From NCBI GenBank assembly GCA_964486335.1, contig CAZAMB010000019.1, positions 7,377 through 71,376 of the forward strand: a stretch of 64,000 nt of DNA, read 5' to 3'. Positions 10,596 through 19,757 of this stretch are shown here, one piece after another (position 1 is the stretch's first letter; each line of letters begins with the position of its first letter). The position numbers and the translations under genes are program-made. Origin of the DNA: an uncultured Phycisphaera sp. (GTDB taxonomy: Bacteria; Planctomycetota; Phycisphaerae; UBA1845). The notes below the pieces were generated by a model that saw only the letters and a program-made list of their open reading frames with translations, was not told the DNA's origin and did no database searches.

Positions 10596-10818
10596 CGTAC
10601 CAATTGCTCGTTCACTCGCCAGCCAATCCGCTCTGCGTGACCAGAAACGCGGAGTCTGACGGAGATGCGGCGTTGCCAGGACTTTCGAAGACTGATCCGA
10701 AAAAGAGTCCCCCTGCACGCTCCGACGAGCGGTGCGTACAGGGGGTCAAAGGTCACATCAGCCTATCGTTCGCTTTCGTGTCCTGAATTACGCCAGATCG
10801 TCCGGGAGGCTTCCTTGG

Positions 10819-11367
10819 TCACGCCTGATACAAGCCGCGTCCCACTTTCTTCACAGAATCAATCGTTGGAAGCGCATTGCTTACGGCCTTGGTGAGGTTT
10901 GCAGAAGTGGTGTTGTAGCCCGCCTTGATGACCGCGTCGGCGATTTCCTGCGGAGAAAGCGCCTTGGCGCGCTGGCGAAGCGTCTTGACGATCATGTCTT
11001 TCAATGATCCCGAGCGTCCACCGCCCGGAGGTCGCCCCCGCCGTCCCGTGCCGGCGCGCATCACCGACATGCCCCCCATCACGCCCATCGCGTTCTCAAT
11101 GCCGGCGATTTGACTGTCAAGGTGCGAACGCTGCATCAGCAGCGATTCTCGATAGGACGCCATTTCCTTGAGTACGCGCGAGGCGTCTCCCGAACCGATG
11201 GAAACTGAAAGCTGCGCCGAACGACCGGATCCTCGTCCGACCTTGCCGCCCTTGGCTTTCTTCCGAACACCACCAGCTCCGTGAATCGTGTTGTTATGAC
11301 GAGCGAGATGCGCCGCCATTGAAAACGCACGGTCACATTTTGTACATTTGAAGGAACTCTTGGCCAT
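10819..11367 (-). CDS. Classical C2H2 zinc-finger protein with winged-helix-like C-terminal domain
   Basis: FKCTKCDRAFSMAAHLARHNNTIH fits F-x-C-x2-C-x3-F-x5-L-x2-H-x4-H exactly. An AAGGAG Shine-Dalgarno lies 8 nt upstream of the ATG at 11367. The C-terminus LKDMIVKTLRQRAKALSPQEIADAVIKAGY...VKKVGRGLYQ looks like a HARE-HTH or H1-type winged helix. Confidence 0.7.
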   Translation of the reverse strand: MAKSSFKCTKCDRAFSMAAHLARHNNTIHGAGGVRKKAKGGKVGRGSGRSAQLSVSIGSGDASRVLKEMASYRESLLMQRSHLDSQIAGIENAMGVMGGMSVMRAGTGRRGRPPGGGRSGSLKDMIVKTLRQRAKALSPQEIADAVIKAGYNTTSANLTKAVSNALPTIDSVKKVGRGLYQA

Positions 11368-11756
11368 TTCGTTTTTCTCCTTGTGTTTGGCAAAGAACAA
11401 TACTCGAAATTACTCGATGCATCAGAAATGGGCAAGCGAAACAGAAAACAAATCTAATCATCCTAACTGATAACATAACTTAGACACATTCCCCTCGCCG
11501 AAAGCGCCTTTCCTGTCAACGGAGAACTCGCCTTACAATCCAATGCCAAGCTGCACAGTCGGCAATGGTAACTATGAAATGATTCCTAAGAATGCGGATA
11601 AAATTTATTCACACTTGGTTCGCGTTCGGAAGTTCACCGAAAACCACCGCTGCCATTGAAACGACGCGCCCAGGAGAGTTTTGTTCATTAAATCAAGAGC
11701 AAACGGTTTGCCGTGTTTTTTGACTTTCTCTGCAACAATTATTCAAGCCTGTTCAC

Positions 11757-11781
11757 ACAAAAACATGCAAGCGCCACTGCA
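11757..11781 (-). terminator. Possible intrinsic terminator after rnr
   Basis: On the minus strand, TGCAG-TGGCGC-TTGCA forms a 5-bp stem including one G-U pair. It is followed by TGTTTTTGTG, about 15 nt after the rnr stop. Confidence 0.3.
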
Positions 11782-11795
11782 ACGCTCGTCGATTC

Positions 11796-14078
11796 TCAGC
11801 CGCGACGACGCTTCTTTTTTATTGTTCTACTTCTACTCCGAGGACCTCTGCTTCCATCGTTGCGAATCGAATGGCGTGACCGGCCGGGCCTTCTCTTTTT
11901 TGGCAATGCCAATGGCCTCGAATCTCCCTTTTGGCAAACGGCGTTCGATCCAGAAATCACCAGATTGAGTTGGCGTTTTGGTATATTTATTTCGGAAATG
12001 ACGACGGCCACCCTATCGCCAATGCGAAACTCCTTACCAGTTCGCTCACCGAATAAACATCCACGTTCAACGTCCGGTTCCCATCGATCATTGCCCAAAC
12101 TCTCAAAACGAACCAATCCATCTATCAGATAGTATCCCAATTGAACAAACAGTCCTGCTTGGGATATTCCTGATATGACACCCTGGAACTTCTCTCCCAT
12201 TCGGCCCTGCAACAGGCGAAGAATGAATACGAGCTTCAATTCTCGCTCTGCCGCTTCTGCGCGGCGCTCCATTGCGCTACAATGATCACCCAATGCCGCC
12301 AATTCGGATTCTGATGGACATGCCTTGGCGGGCGATGGCCCCCCGTTCCGAACGCTCATTAAAGAGTCAAGCAGACGGTGGATGATCAGGTCCGGGTATC
12401 GGCGGATCGGCGATGTGAAATGGCAGTAGTTCTCACTGGCGAGCGCAAAATGGCCGACTTTCGCAGGAGCGTATTTCGCCTGTTGCATCGAACGCAAGAC
12501 CGCGAGATTGACCGCAAAGGTCTCGGGACTTTCGCGAACTGTTTCGAGCAGTTGTTGCAGATCCTTTCGGCTTGCCCTCTTAGGAAGTTGTTGCCCGAGC
12601 GATTTCACGAGGCGAAGCAGTGCATCGCGCCGCAGGGCGTCCGGCTCTTCGTGAATTCGCCGCAGGAACGGAATCTGATTCTCAGAAAGCAATCGAGCGA
12701 CAGCTTCATTGGCTTCCACCATGAACATCTCGATGATGGTATGAGAAAAGCTCGTATCGGCAGCGGCGACATCGGTCGCTTGTCCGCTGTCATCGAGGAT
12801 GAGCTCCACTTCTGGGAGGCAAAGCGCGAGCATTCCCTCTTCGCGACGTCGTGACTGGATCGCGCGGGCCAGCGTCTCCATCTCCTTCAGCAAGCGGACC
12901 ACCCGGGGATCGAGCCGGCCCGGTCGTCGTTCAAGGACGGCCGTCGCTTGGCGATAAGTCAAGCGCTTCGTGGACCTGATCAGCGAGTTGGCAAACCGCG
13001 TTGAGCAGACGCGACCCTGGTGATCGTAAGTAATGAACGCGGTCTTCGTAAGTCGTAACTGATGTTCCTGTAGCGAGCAGACGCCGTTGGACAGAACTTC
13101 GGGCAGCATGGGAATCACGATACCGGGAAGGTACACACTGTTGCCTCGTTCACGAGCTTCCACGTCGAGTGGACTTCCTTCGCCGACAAAGTGTGCCACA
13201 TCCGCGATGTGAACCCCCAATTCGATTTGCCCGTCGGCGATTTGTTCAAGTGAAATCGCGTCGTCAAAATCTCTTGCATCATCAGGATCGATCGTAATCA
13301 CCGTCAGCGTGCTTAAATCGACTCGACCCGCTGTATCGCGTTTGACATCGAAGTCCGTCGCCGCGGATCGCGCCGCTTCCATGACGGCGTTGGGAAAGTC
13401 GCCGGGGAGTTGATACTGTTCGATGACGCTCAGGGCATCGACTCCGGGTTCCCCTTCCGGGCCGAGCCGTTTGACAATCACCCCTCGCGCCGGCTTTCGA
13501 TCTGTAGGAAACTCGATGATCTCAACGACGATGCGATCGCCGCAGCGAGCCCGTTTCGCACCGGGATCATCGATCTGCACGGGCGAATGGGAAGTGGAAC
13601 CATCGGGTACGACAATCCATCGCGACGCCTGTTTCTGAAGAACACCGACGAATCGGTTCAGCCCGCGCTCTGCGATGGTCACGACTCGCCCTTCATAGAG
13701 CATCTTCCCGCCGCGTTTTCCACGCTTTCGGATTTCCACCTCGACCCGATCTCCGGTCATGGCGCCGCGCGTGCCGCTCGCAGAAACATAAATATCTCCA
13801 TTCGCATAGGGAACATCGGACGTGACGAAACCGAAACCGCGGGGATGGGCTCGAAAAGTGCCGAAGCACCGACGGGGCGGCTCAGGAAGACGAATGGTTT
13901 TCCGAGGGCCGACGACGAGGCGACCGGCCCGCAACAGCGCCTCATAGGCATCATGGAGTTCGTTTTGATCGCCTTCTTCGACGCCGAGTCGCTCCGCGAG
14001 CTCGTCCAATGCGACCGGTTGATACCCTTTCGCCTGCACCAGTTTGAGGATACGCTCGGCAAATGCGTCGGACGGCAT
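11796..14078 (-). CDS. rnr: Ribonuclease R
   Basis: RNB catalytic region (ITIDPDDARDFDDAISL, FTSPIRRYPDLIIHR), N-terminal cold-shock-like region, C-terminal S1-like region and a basic tail (TIKKKRRRG). Confidence 0.93.
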   Translation of the reverse strand: MPSDAFAERILKLVQAKGYQPVALDELAERLGVEEGDQNELHDAYEALLRAGRLVVGPRKTIRLPEPPRRCFGTFRAHPRGFGFVTSDVPYANGDIYVSASGTRGAMTGDRVEVEIRKRGKRGGKMLYEGRVVTIAERGLNRFVGVLQKQASRWIVVPDGSTSHSPVQIDDPGAKRARCGDRIVVEIIEFPTDRKPARGVIVKRLGPEGEPGVDALSVIEQYQLPGDFPNAVMEAARSAATDFDVKRDTAGRVDLSTLTVITIDPDDARDFDDAISLEQIADGQIELGVHIADVAHFVGEGSPLDVEARERGNSVYLPGIVIPMLPEVLSNGVCSLQEHQLRLTKTAFITYDHQGRVCSTRFANSLIRSTKRLTYRQATAVLERRPGRLDPRVVRLLKEMETLARAIQSRRREEGMLALCLPEVELILDDSGQATDVAAADTSFSHTIIEMFMVEANEAVARLLSENQIPFLRRIHEEPDALRRDALLRLVKSLGQQLPKRASRKDLQQLLETVRESPETFAVNLAVLRSMQQAKYAPAKVGHFALASENYCHFTSPIRRYPDLIIHRLLDSLMSVRNGGPSPAKACPSESELAALGDHCSAMERRAEAAERELKLVFILRLLQGRMGEKFQGVISGISQAGLFVQLGYYLIDGLVRFESLGNDRWEPDVERGCLFGERTGKEFRIGDRVAVVISEINIPKRQLNLVISGSNAVCQKGDSRPLALPKKRRPGRSRHSIRNDGSRGPRSRSRTIKKKRRRG

Positions 14079-14118
14079 TCAATGACTCCCGAAGTCCGAC
14101 GAAACGTGATCAACAAGT

Positions 14119-14481
14119 ATGGATGAACAGGAAGGTGACGCCGCCATGGACGAGATTCTAGAACTGGCCGGGAAACTCGGCAAACGAATCGCCGAGGATG
14201 GGCGAGCAATGCAGATGATGTCGGCCAGGGACGCGATGGAAAAGAGCCTTTCCGATCGACAGCTCCTGAGTGAGTATGAAGACCACCAGCAGAAGCTGTA
14301 TGAGCTGGAGTCCGCTGGAAAGCCCATAGAGCCCGATGACAAGCGAAAACTGGCTGCCTTGCACGCCAAGGTCGTTGGCAGCCCCGTCATCAAGCAATTA
14401 CTCAAAGCCCAGGCCGATTTTCTGGAATTGATGAACGCGGTTTCACAACGGATTGAGCACGAGGCGCTCGGAGGAACCTAG
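14119..14481 (+). CDS. YlbF/YmcA-like helical regulator family protein (tentative)
   Basis: 120-aa all-helical protein whose spacing of conserved hydrophobics resembles the YlbF family (LSDRQLLSEYEDHQQKLYELE...VIKQLLKAQADFLELMNAVSQRIE). Recognised by pattern only. Confidence 0.5.
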   Translation: MDEQEGDAAMDEILELAGKLGKRIAEDGRAMQMMSARDAMEKSLSDRQLLSEYEDHQQKLYELESAGKPIEPDDKRKLAALHAKVVGSPVIKQLLKAQADFLELMNAVSQRIEHEALGGT

Positions 14482-15570
14482 CGGCCTCTTGGCAACTGTG
14501 GAACTCGCCAAACACCTCACGCCCCGTGGAATCTCCCGCTCGATGGCGTCAAGTACGGACTCGATGTCGGACTTGGGCATCCGTTGTATGACGCCCCGAA
14601 AGCTCTCCATCCGCTCCACAAATCGATCGATGGCGTTCGTAGTCAGCGGCGCAATCGCCATTCCAACGCCGAGTTTCTCGACATAATGCGCATTGAGAAG
14701 TTGCTCATATTGCCTTGCAACGGGAATAAGCAGCATCGGTTTTTCAAAGTGCAGGCATTCACAGACCAGACTATGCCCGGCGGATGCGATGACCGCGGAA
14801 CAGCCTGCCAAATCGGAGAGGAATGCGTCGGAGCAGAATGGATTGAATTCAGTTGTGCCGCGACGACCAATCTCGCTGAAACCGTAGGCGCGAATGGGTA
14901 TACGATTGTATTCAGCAAGCACTCGTTGCATGCCAACGTTTTCACCACCGGCTCCCTTGTACGCGAGCAGATAGCCACCCTGAGTCGGCTTCTTCGCGTA
15001 CACCTCCGGCCGCAGAATCGGCTTCAACATGGTCGTCGGGTGGAATCGAATCGGCGCTTGAATGAACGATGTAATGAGGTATCGCCGAGCGCCCCCGTAA
15101 TACATGCGAATCGCAAGGTATGCGTTCAGCGCATCCGCGCTGAATCCTGACGGATGCTCTACGTCGCAATGCGTCAGCAGATGCTGATTGTCGAGACTGA
15201 CGTAGGGAACGCCATGGCGACGAGCCCAAAAGGCCGTAAACGGCTCGAAATCGGTAATCACGAGTTCGGGCTCGTAAGCCGAGAGCATGCGCTTGAGCGC
15301 GCCGTTGGAGGCCCGCAGCGAAGAAAACGCCGCCTGAATGTTGCGGACAATCGTTTCAACGATTTCCGCGCGACCTTCGCGGTAAATCGTCATCAGGCCG
15401 AGCACTTCATGAACCTGATCGGGAAAGCGCGGCCGAAGGTAGTCCAAAGCTCGATTGCTGCAAACGAAGCGAACTTCATGCCCGCGTTTCATGAGACCCT
15501 CGCCGACGCTATGCGCGCGGACGGCGTGGCCGAATCCGTCTCCCGAAACTGCGTAGGCAATCCGCGCCAT
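14443..15570 (-). CDS. GT-B fold glycosyltransferase (MGT / MJ1255-like family)
   Basis: N-terminus MARIAYAVSGDGFGHAVRAHSVGEGL is typical of the MurG/UDP-glycosyltransferase-like family. The C-terminal half carries ASAGHSLVCECLHFEKPMLLIP. Confidence 0.75.
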   Translation of the reverse strand: MARIAYAVSGDGFGHAVRAHSVGEGLMKRGHEVRFVCSNRALDYLRPRFPDQVHEVLGLMTIYREGRAEIVETIVRNIQAAFSSLRASNGALKRMLSAYEPELVITDFEPFTAFWARRHGVPYVSLDNQHLLTHCDVEHPSGFSADALNAYLAIRMYYGGARRYLITSFIQAPIRFHPTTMLKPILRPEVYAKKPTQGGYLLAYKGAGGENVGMQRVLAEYNRIPIRAYGFSEIGRRGTTEFNPFCSDAFLSDLAGCSAVIASAGHSLVCECLHFEKPMLLIPVARQYEQLLNAHYVEKLGVGMAIAPLTTNAIDRFVERMESFRGVIQRMPKSDIESVLDAIEREIPRGVRCLASSTVAKRPLGSSERLVLNPL

Positions 15571-15880
15571 GGTCCGTGGTTCTACTGAAAGAACCCCGTG
15601 GACTCAAGCCTCGAAGTGTATGGCCATGCTGCACCGTCGTCTGCGTTGAACCGGTTCCAATAACAAGTTGCTTTTCATCATCCTCAGGCAAGTCCGAAGC
15701 CCCAGCGCGACTTGGCAACCGTAATGGATGGAAGAGCAATCAGCGACCGCTGCCGCAAACCTGGACGAGGGGCCGAATCGCCGCTCACTAACAACGCCAC
15801 ATCGCCCGCCTCATTTGTCCACGGAGGTCCTAAGGCCGACCCTGCACTCCGAACCACGACAATGAAAAAAACGCGTCAGT

Positions 15881-17950
15881 TCATCGCTTCAGAATCTCTT
15901 GTGCAAGTGATTCCGCATCATATACCTTGCGTAACGCCTCGATGATCGCCCTCGTGTCGACCGAAACCGCCCGGCCCTGCTCCTCGGTGTACGCAATGTC
16001 AAGAACGAGGCTCTGGATGTTGCCGTCAAAAATCAATCCGACGACTTCGCCCCTCTTGTTGATGACCGGACTCCCCGAGTTGCCGCCGATGATGTCGGCC
16101 GTGCAGACGAAATTGAACGGCGTATCGAGATTCAACTTGTCCTTGCGATCCCACCAGCGTTGCGGGAGATCGAAGCCCTTTTGACCCTTCCGTTCCGTCG
16201 CCCGCTTGTACAAACCATCAAACGTCGTAAATGGAGCGATGGTGACGCCGCCTTCGGAGTAGCCTTTCACCGGTCCGAACGCCAACCGCAGCGTGAACGT
16301 CGCGTCGGGATAAACATCTTCCCCGTTAACCGCGAAATGCGCGGCCGCGATCTTAGCGTAGGCGTCCTTTTCCGCGCCTTCGATCTCATCTTCATATTTC
16401 TTTCGCCACTTGCGGGCGTCGGGATCAAGTTCGACGGCCAGTTGGATCATCGGGTCGGTCGACGCGGCGATTGCGGCGGTTCCCCCCTCGGAAAGCGCCT
16501 TTCGAACGGCGATGTCCTTGAGCTTCGTGCCGCGAACCAGTGATTCCGCCCGTGCTTTCGGCGACATCCCGCCAAGCGCCTTTTGTGTTGCCGGATCGTC
16601 GCCGCCGAACATCTCAACCATGTAGGAAAGGCTGCTGGCGATTCGGTCAACCTCCAGATCCTCATAGATCGGCTTGGGCGAAAAAAGATCGAGGTAAAGC
16701 GAGTCAAGATTGGCGTCGGAATATTCCCGAAGTCGCTCGGCGTTGGGCTTCTGCTTCTCCTCGGCCAGTCGGACAAGATGCCGAGCAATGCCGAACATAT
16801 CGGAACTGATGCCCACCCGATTTCGAAGATAAAACTCGCGATACTTCGACAGCGTCGTCGCAACCTGATCCCACGCATCACCCCATTGCCCTTTGAAATC
16901 GGGATTGGCGTTGACGGCATCGCGCAGCTTCTTTTCCTCGGCTTCTTTCTTTTTCATGATCGCCGGGTCCTGCAAGCCGGCGAGAATACCGGTTCGTGCC
17001 TTGCGGCCATTCTGAACGCCGAACAGGTCGCCGCTGGCGATCCGCTCGAACTCAGAATTCCGCGCGGAAAACGTCTGAAGTTGAACCTCGCGCCGCCACA
17101 GTCGTTGCATCGTGAGCGGGGCTTCATAATCACGCATGAACTTGAGATGATCGACCGTGTTTAGTCGCTGGGTTCGGCCCGGATGACCGACGACGAACAC
17201 CAGTTCGCCGTCCGACGATCCGTTCTCGCTCCATTTCAGGTAATGCTCCGGCTTGTAGGGCTTGCCGTCCTCATAGACACGGAAAAAGCACATGTCGAGG
17301 TCGTAACGCGGATACTCGAAATTGTCGTTGTCGCCGCCGAAAAAAGCGATATCCTGCTCCGGCGCCATTACAAGCCGAACGTCGGTGAATCGCTTGTACT
17401 GATAAAGATGATACCGTCCGCCCTTGTACAGCGTGACCACTTGGCAGTCGAGCTTCGTCGCGTCCTCGCACTCCTTCTCGACCGTCGAGATCATCTTCCG
17501 CCGAGCGGTGTTGGCATCGGCCGTCGACATGCCCGGCGACACCGCGCCATTGATCCGCTCCGTGAGGTCTTCAATGGCCCATAGTACGTTGACCTCCAGA
17601 TCGGGACACTTCACTTCTTCGTCACGCGTTTTAGCAAAGAACCCTGTCTTGAGCAGGTTTTTCTCCGGCGTGCTCAACTTTTCGAGGTCGTCCGAACCAA
17701 CGTGGTGATTGGTCATCACCAGTCCGTCGGCCGAAATGAACGACGCCGATCCCCCGGTATTGAACCGTATCGCCGATTTTTGAACGTGTTCAAGCCACTG
17801 CGCCGTCGGTTCAAACCCGTACTTTTCCTTCAACTCCTTGCTCGGCGGCTTGGTGAACAGCCACATCCCTTCGTCGGCGCGAGCAGACAGAATACTCGAA
17901 AACAGAACAACGCCGACGACCGACGTTCGAACAACCAGTCGGAACTTCAT
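15881..17950 (-). CDS. S46 family dipeptidyl-peptidase (DPP7/DPP11-like)
   Basis: Signal peptide, then ADEGMWLF. His region MTNHHVG. Ser region GGNSGSPVINKRGEVVGLIFDGN. The start is set at the ATG at 17950 (MKFRLVV...). Confidence 0.88.
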   Translation of the reverse strand: MKFRLVVRTSVVGVVLFSSILSARADEGMWLFTKPPSKELKEKYGFEPTAQWLEHVQKSAIRFNTGGSASFISADGLVMTNHHVGSDDLEKLSTPEKNLLKTGFFAKTRDEEVKCPDLEVNVLWAIEDLTERINGAVSPGMSTADANTARRKMISTVEKECEDATKLDCQVVTLYKGGRYHLYQYKRFTDVRLVMAPEQDIAFFGGDNDNFEYPRYDLDMCFFRVYEDGKPYKPEHYLKWSENGSSDGELVFVVGHPGRTQRLNTVDHLKFMRDYEAPLTMQRLWRREVQLQTFSARNSEFERIASGDLFGVQNGRKARTGILAGLQDPAIMKKKEAEEKKLRDAVNANPDFKGQWGDAWDQVATTLSKYREFYLRNRVGISSDMFGIARHLVRLAEEKQKPNAERLREYSDANLDSLYLDLFSPKPIYEDLEVDRIASSLSYMVEMFGGDDPATQKALGGMSPKARAESLVRGTKLKDIAVRKALSEGGTAAIAASTDPMIQLAVELDPDARKWRKKYEDEIEGAEKDAYAKIAAAHFAVNGEDVYPDATFTLRLAFGPVKGYSEGGVTIAPFTTFDGLYKRATERKGQKGFDLPQRWWDRKDKLNLDTPFNFVCTADIIGGNSGSPVINKRGEVVGLIFDGNIQSLVLDIAYTEEQGRAVSVDTRAIIEALRKVYDAESLAQEILKR

Positions 17951-18084
17951 GTCACGAATCCTTTTCAAATGTCCCACAAACGCGGATAAAAACGCCGCCA
18001 ACATTATGACGGTTGGGGCAGGTTCTTAACAGAGGAAAGTAAGGATGGACAAGTTCCGACGCCGTTCCGAGGAGTATCAAAGTC

Positions 18085-18345
18085 TCAGGCCGTGGCCAGG
18101 GCAGCGAACTTCGGAGATAGGTACTCCACGCAACTATCGAGGGTAGCCAACTTGGGGTAGTCTTCCTTGGGCACTTCAATTTTGTACCGCTTGCGAAGCT
18201 CCATCACAATGTCCAGGAAGTCCATCGAATCCAAATCAAGCTGGTCGCGTAGCCGCACATCGTCCTTCACATCCGAAACGTCCGCGTCCGGAGCGACCAC
18301 AGTGATGATCCCTATGACAATGTCTCTGACGGCCTGATCGGGCAT
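18085..18345 (-). CDS. Acyl carrier protein (non-canonical)
   Basis: 86 aa starting at the ATG at 18345. The phosphopantetheine site is QLDLDSMDFLDIVMEL. It lies downstream of the ketosynthase rather than upstream as for acpP. Confidence 0.8.
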   Translation of the reverse strand: MPDQAVRDIVIGIITVVAPDADVSDVKDDVRLRDQLDLDSMDFLDIVMELRKRYKIEVPKEDYPKLATLDSCVEYLSPKFAALATA

Positions 18346-18410
18346 CCCTTCGTTAGTCCTTTCAATTGGCTTTCCGCTCGGCGAGTCACGGCCTACCGAG
18401 TCCCCGCACT

Positions 18411-19649
18411 CTAATCGATAAAACGCCGAGCGACAACCGCCGAGTTGATCCCCAGCATCCCAAACGAATTGTTGAGAATCGTGTCTACCCTCCCGACCGT
18501 TATGGGCTGCCCGATCACGAGATTTCGCACCAAGCATCGCGGGTCCGGATTGGTCAGGTTGATCGTCGGGTGGATCACGCCGTCATCGAACGAACCGAGG
18601 TTGCCCGCCAGTTCCAGCGCGCCCGCCGCCCCCATTGCATGACCAATAAAGCTTTTCGTGTTGTTGACGTGAACCCGCTTGAAATCACCAAACACTTGCC
18701 GAAGCGCCGTCGATTCCTGGATGTCGCCCGTTTCTGTTGCCGTCGCGTGCGTGCTGACAATATCCACCTCGTCAGGACCGAGGTTCGCGCGTTCCAGCGC
18801 CAGCCGCATGCACTCCGCAACCCGCTCCGGATTCGGAAGCACCGGGTCAATCGCGTCTGAGTTCATCGCATATCCGGCCACCTCGGCGATGATTCTCGCG
18901 CCGCGCCGCCGCGCGTCGCCCAGCCGCTCCAATACAAACAGGCAGCCTCCCTCGGATACGACGATTCCGTTGCGTGCCATGTCGAACGGCCGACTCGCCT
19001 GCGTCGGATCGTCGTGCCAGGCAAGGGCGTTTTCCGCCGCGAAACTCGCAAAAATCCCGAATGAGTGAATCGCCTCCGACACGCCGCCCGCCAACGCCAC
19101 GTCCACTTCGCCCAGGCGGAGCATTTGCACACCCTGAATCAAGCCCGCATTGCCCGCCGCACATGCAGCGCCGATGGTGTAGTGCGGACCGCTCATCGAG
19201 AGATTGACCGTCACTTCTCCTGCCGGGTTGTTGGCCACGGTTCGAGGGTTGTGATGATGCGACCAGTATTTCGTGTCGTAGTCGTATTGCCGGATGACGT
19301 CGATTTCGTTCTCCGTCTCGACCGTTCCGTGCTCTGTGATCCCCACAAACGTGCCCACGCGCGATCGGTTCAGCGTCGCCGGGTTCATCCCCGCGTGGGC
19401 AAAGGCCTCATGGGCACAGTAAATCGAAATCGCTCCCGCCCGCGTCCCGCGACGGCGGTCCTTGCGCGACTGATACTTCTGCTCGTCGAACCCGCAAACA
19501 CCGGCCAGCACCTTGCCCATGAACCGGGTTTCCATGACACGGACCCCGGATCGGCCTGCCAGCAGATTGCGGCGATACTCGTCAAGCGAATCGCCGTTCG
19601 GCGATGTTAGGCCGACGCCCGTGATGACTATCCGATCAGTTAATGACAT
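18411..19649 (-). CDS. Beta-ketoacyl-ACP synthase (KAS I/II-type, Cys-His-His)
   Basis: IVITGVGLTSPNG. Active-site Cys in IGAACAAG. His residues in STHATATE and IGHAMGAAG. Confidence 0.9.
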   Translation of the reverse strand: MSLTDRIVITGVGLTSPNGDSLDEYRRNLLAGRSGVRVMETRFMGKVLAGVCGFDEQKYQSRKDRRRGTRAGAISIYCAHEAFAHAGMNPATLNRSRVGTFVGITEHGTVETENEIDVIRQYDYDTKYWSHHHNPRTVANNPAGEVTVNLSMSGPHYTIGAACAAGNAGLIQGVQMLRLGEVDVALAGGVSEAIHSFGIFASFAAENALAWHDDPTQASRPFDMARNGIVVSEGGCLFVLERLGDARRRGARIIAEVAGYAMNSDAIDPVLPNPERVAECMRLALERANLGPDEVDIVSTHATATETGDIQESTALRQVFGDFKRVHVNNTKSFIGHAMGAAGALELAGNLGSFDDGVIHPTINLTNPDPRCLVRNLVIGQPITVGRVDTILNNSFGMLGINSAVVARRFID

Positions 19650-19757
19650 TTTCCACCGCGCCCGGGAATTCTCGCCGCCTCAGTCTGCCGCGAGGCTAGT
19701 CAGCAACCAAACCACCTATCCTAGCAAATCGGCTCACCGTTGAAACCTGCCACGTCG

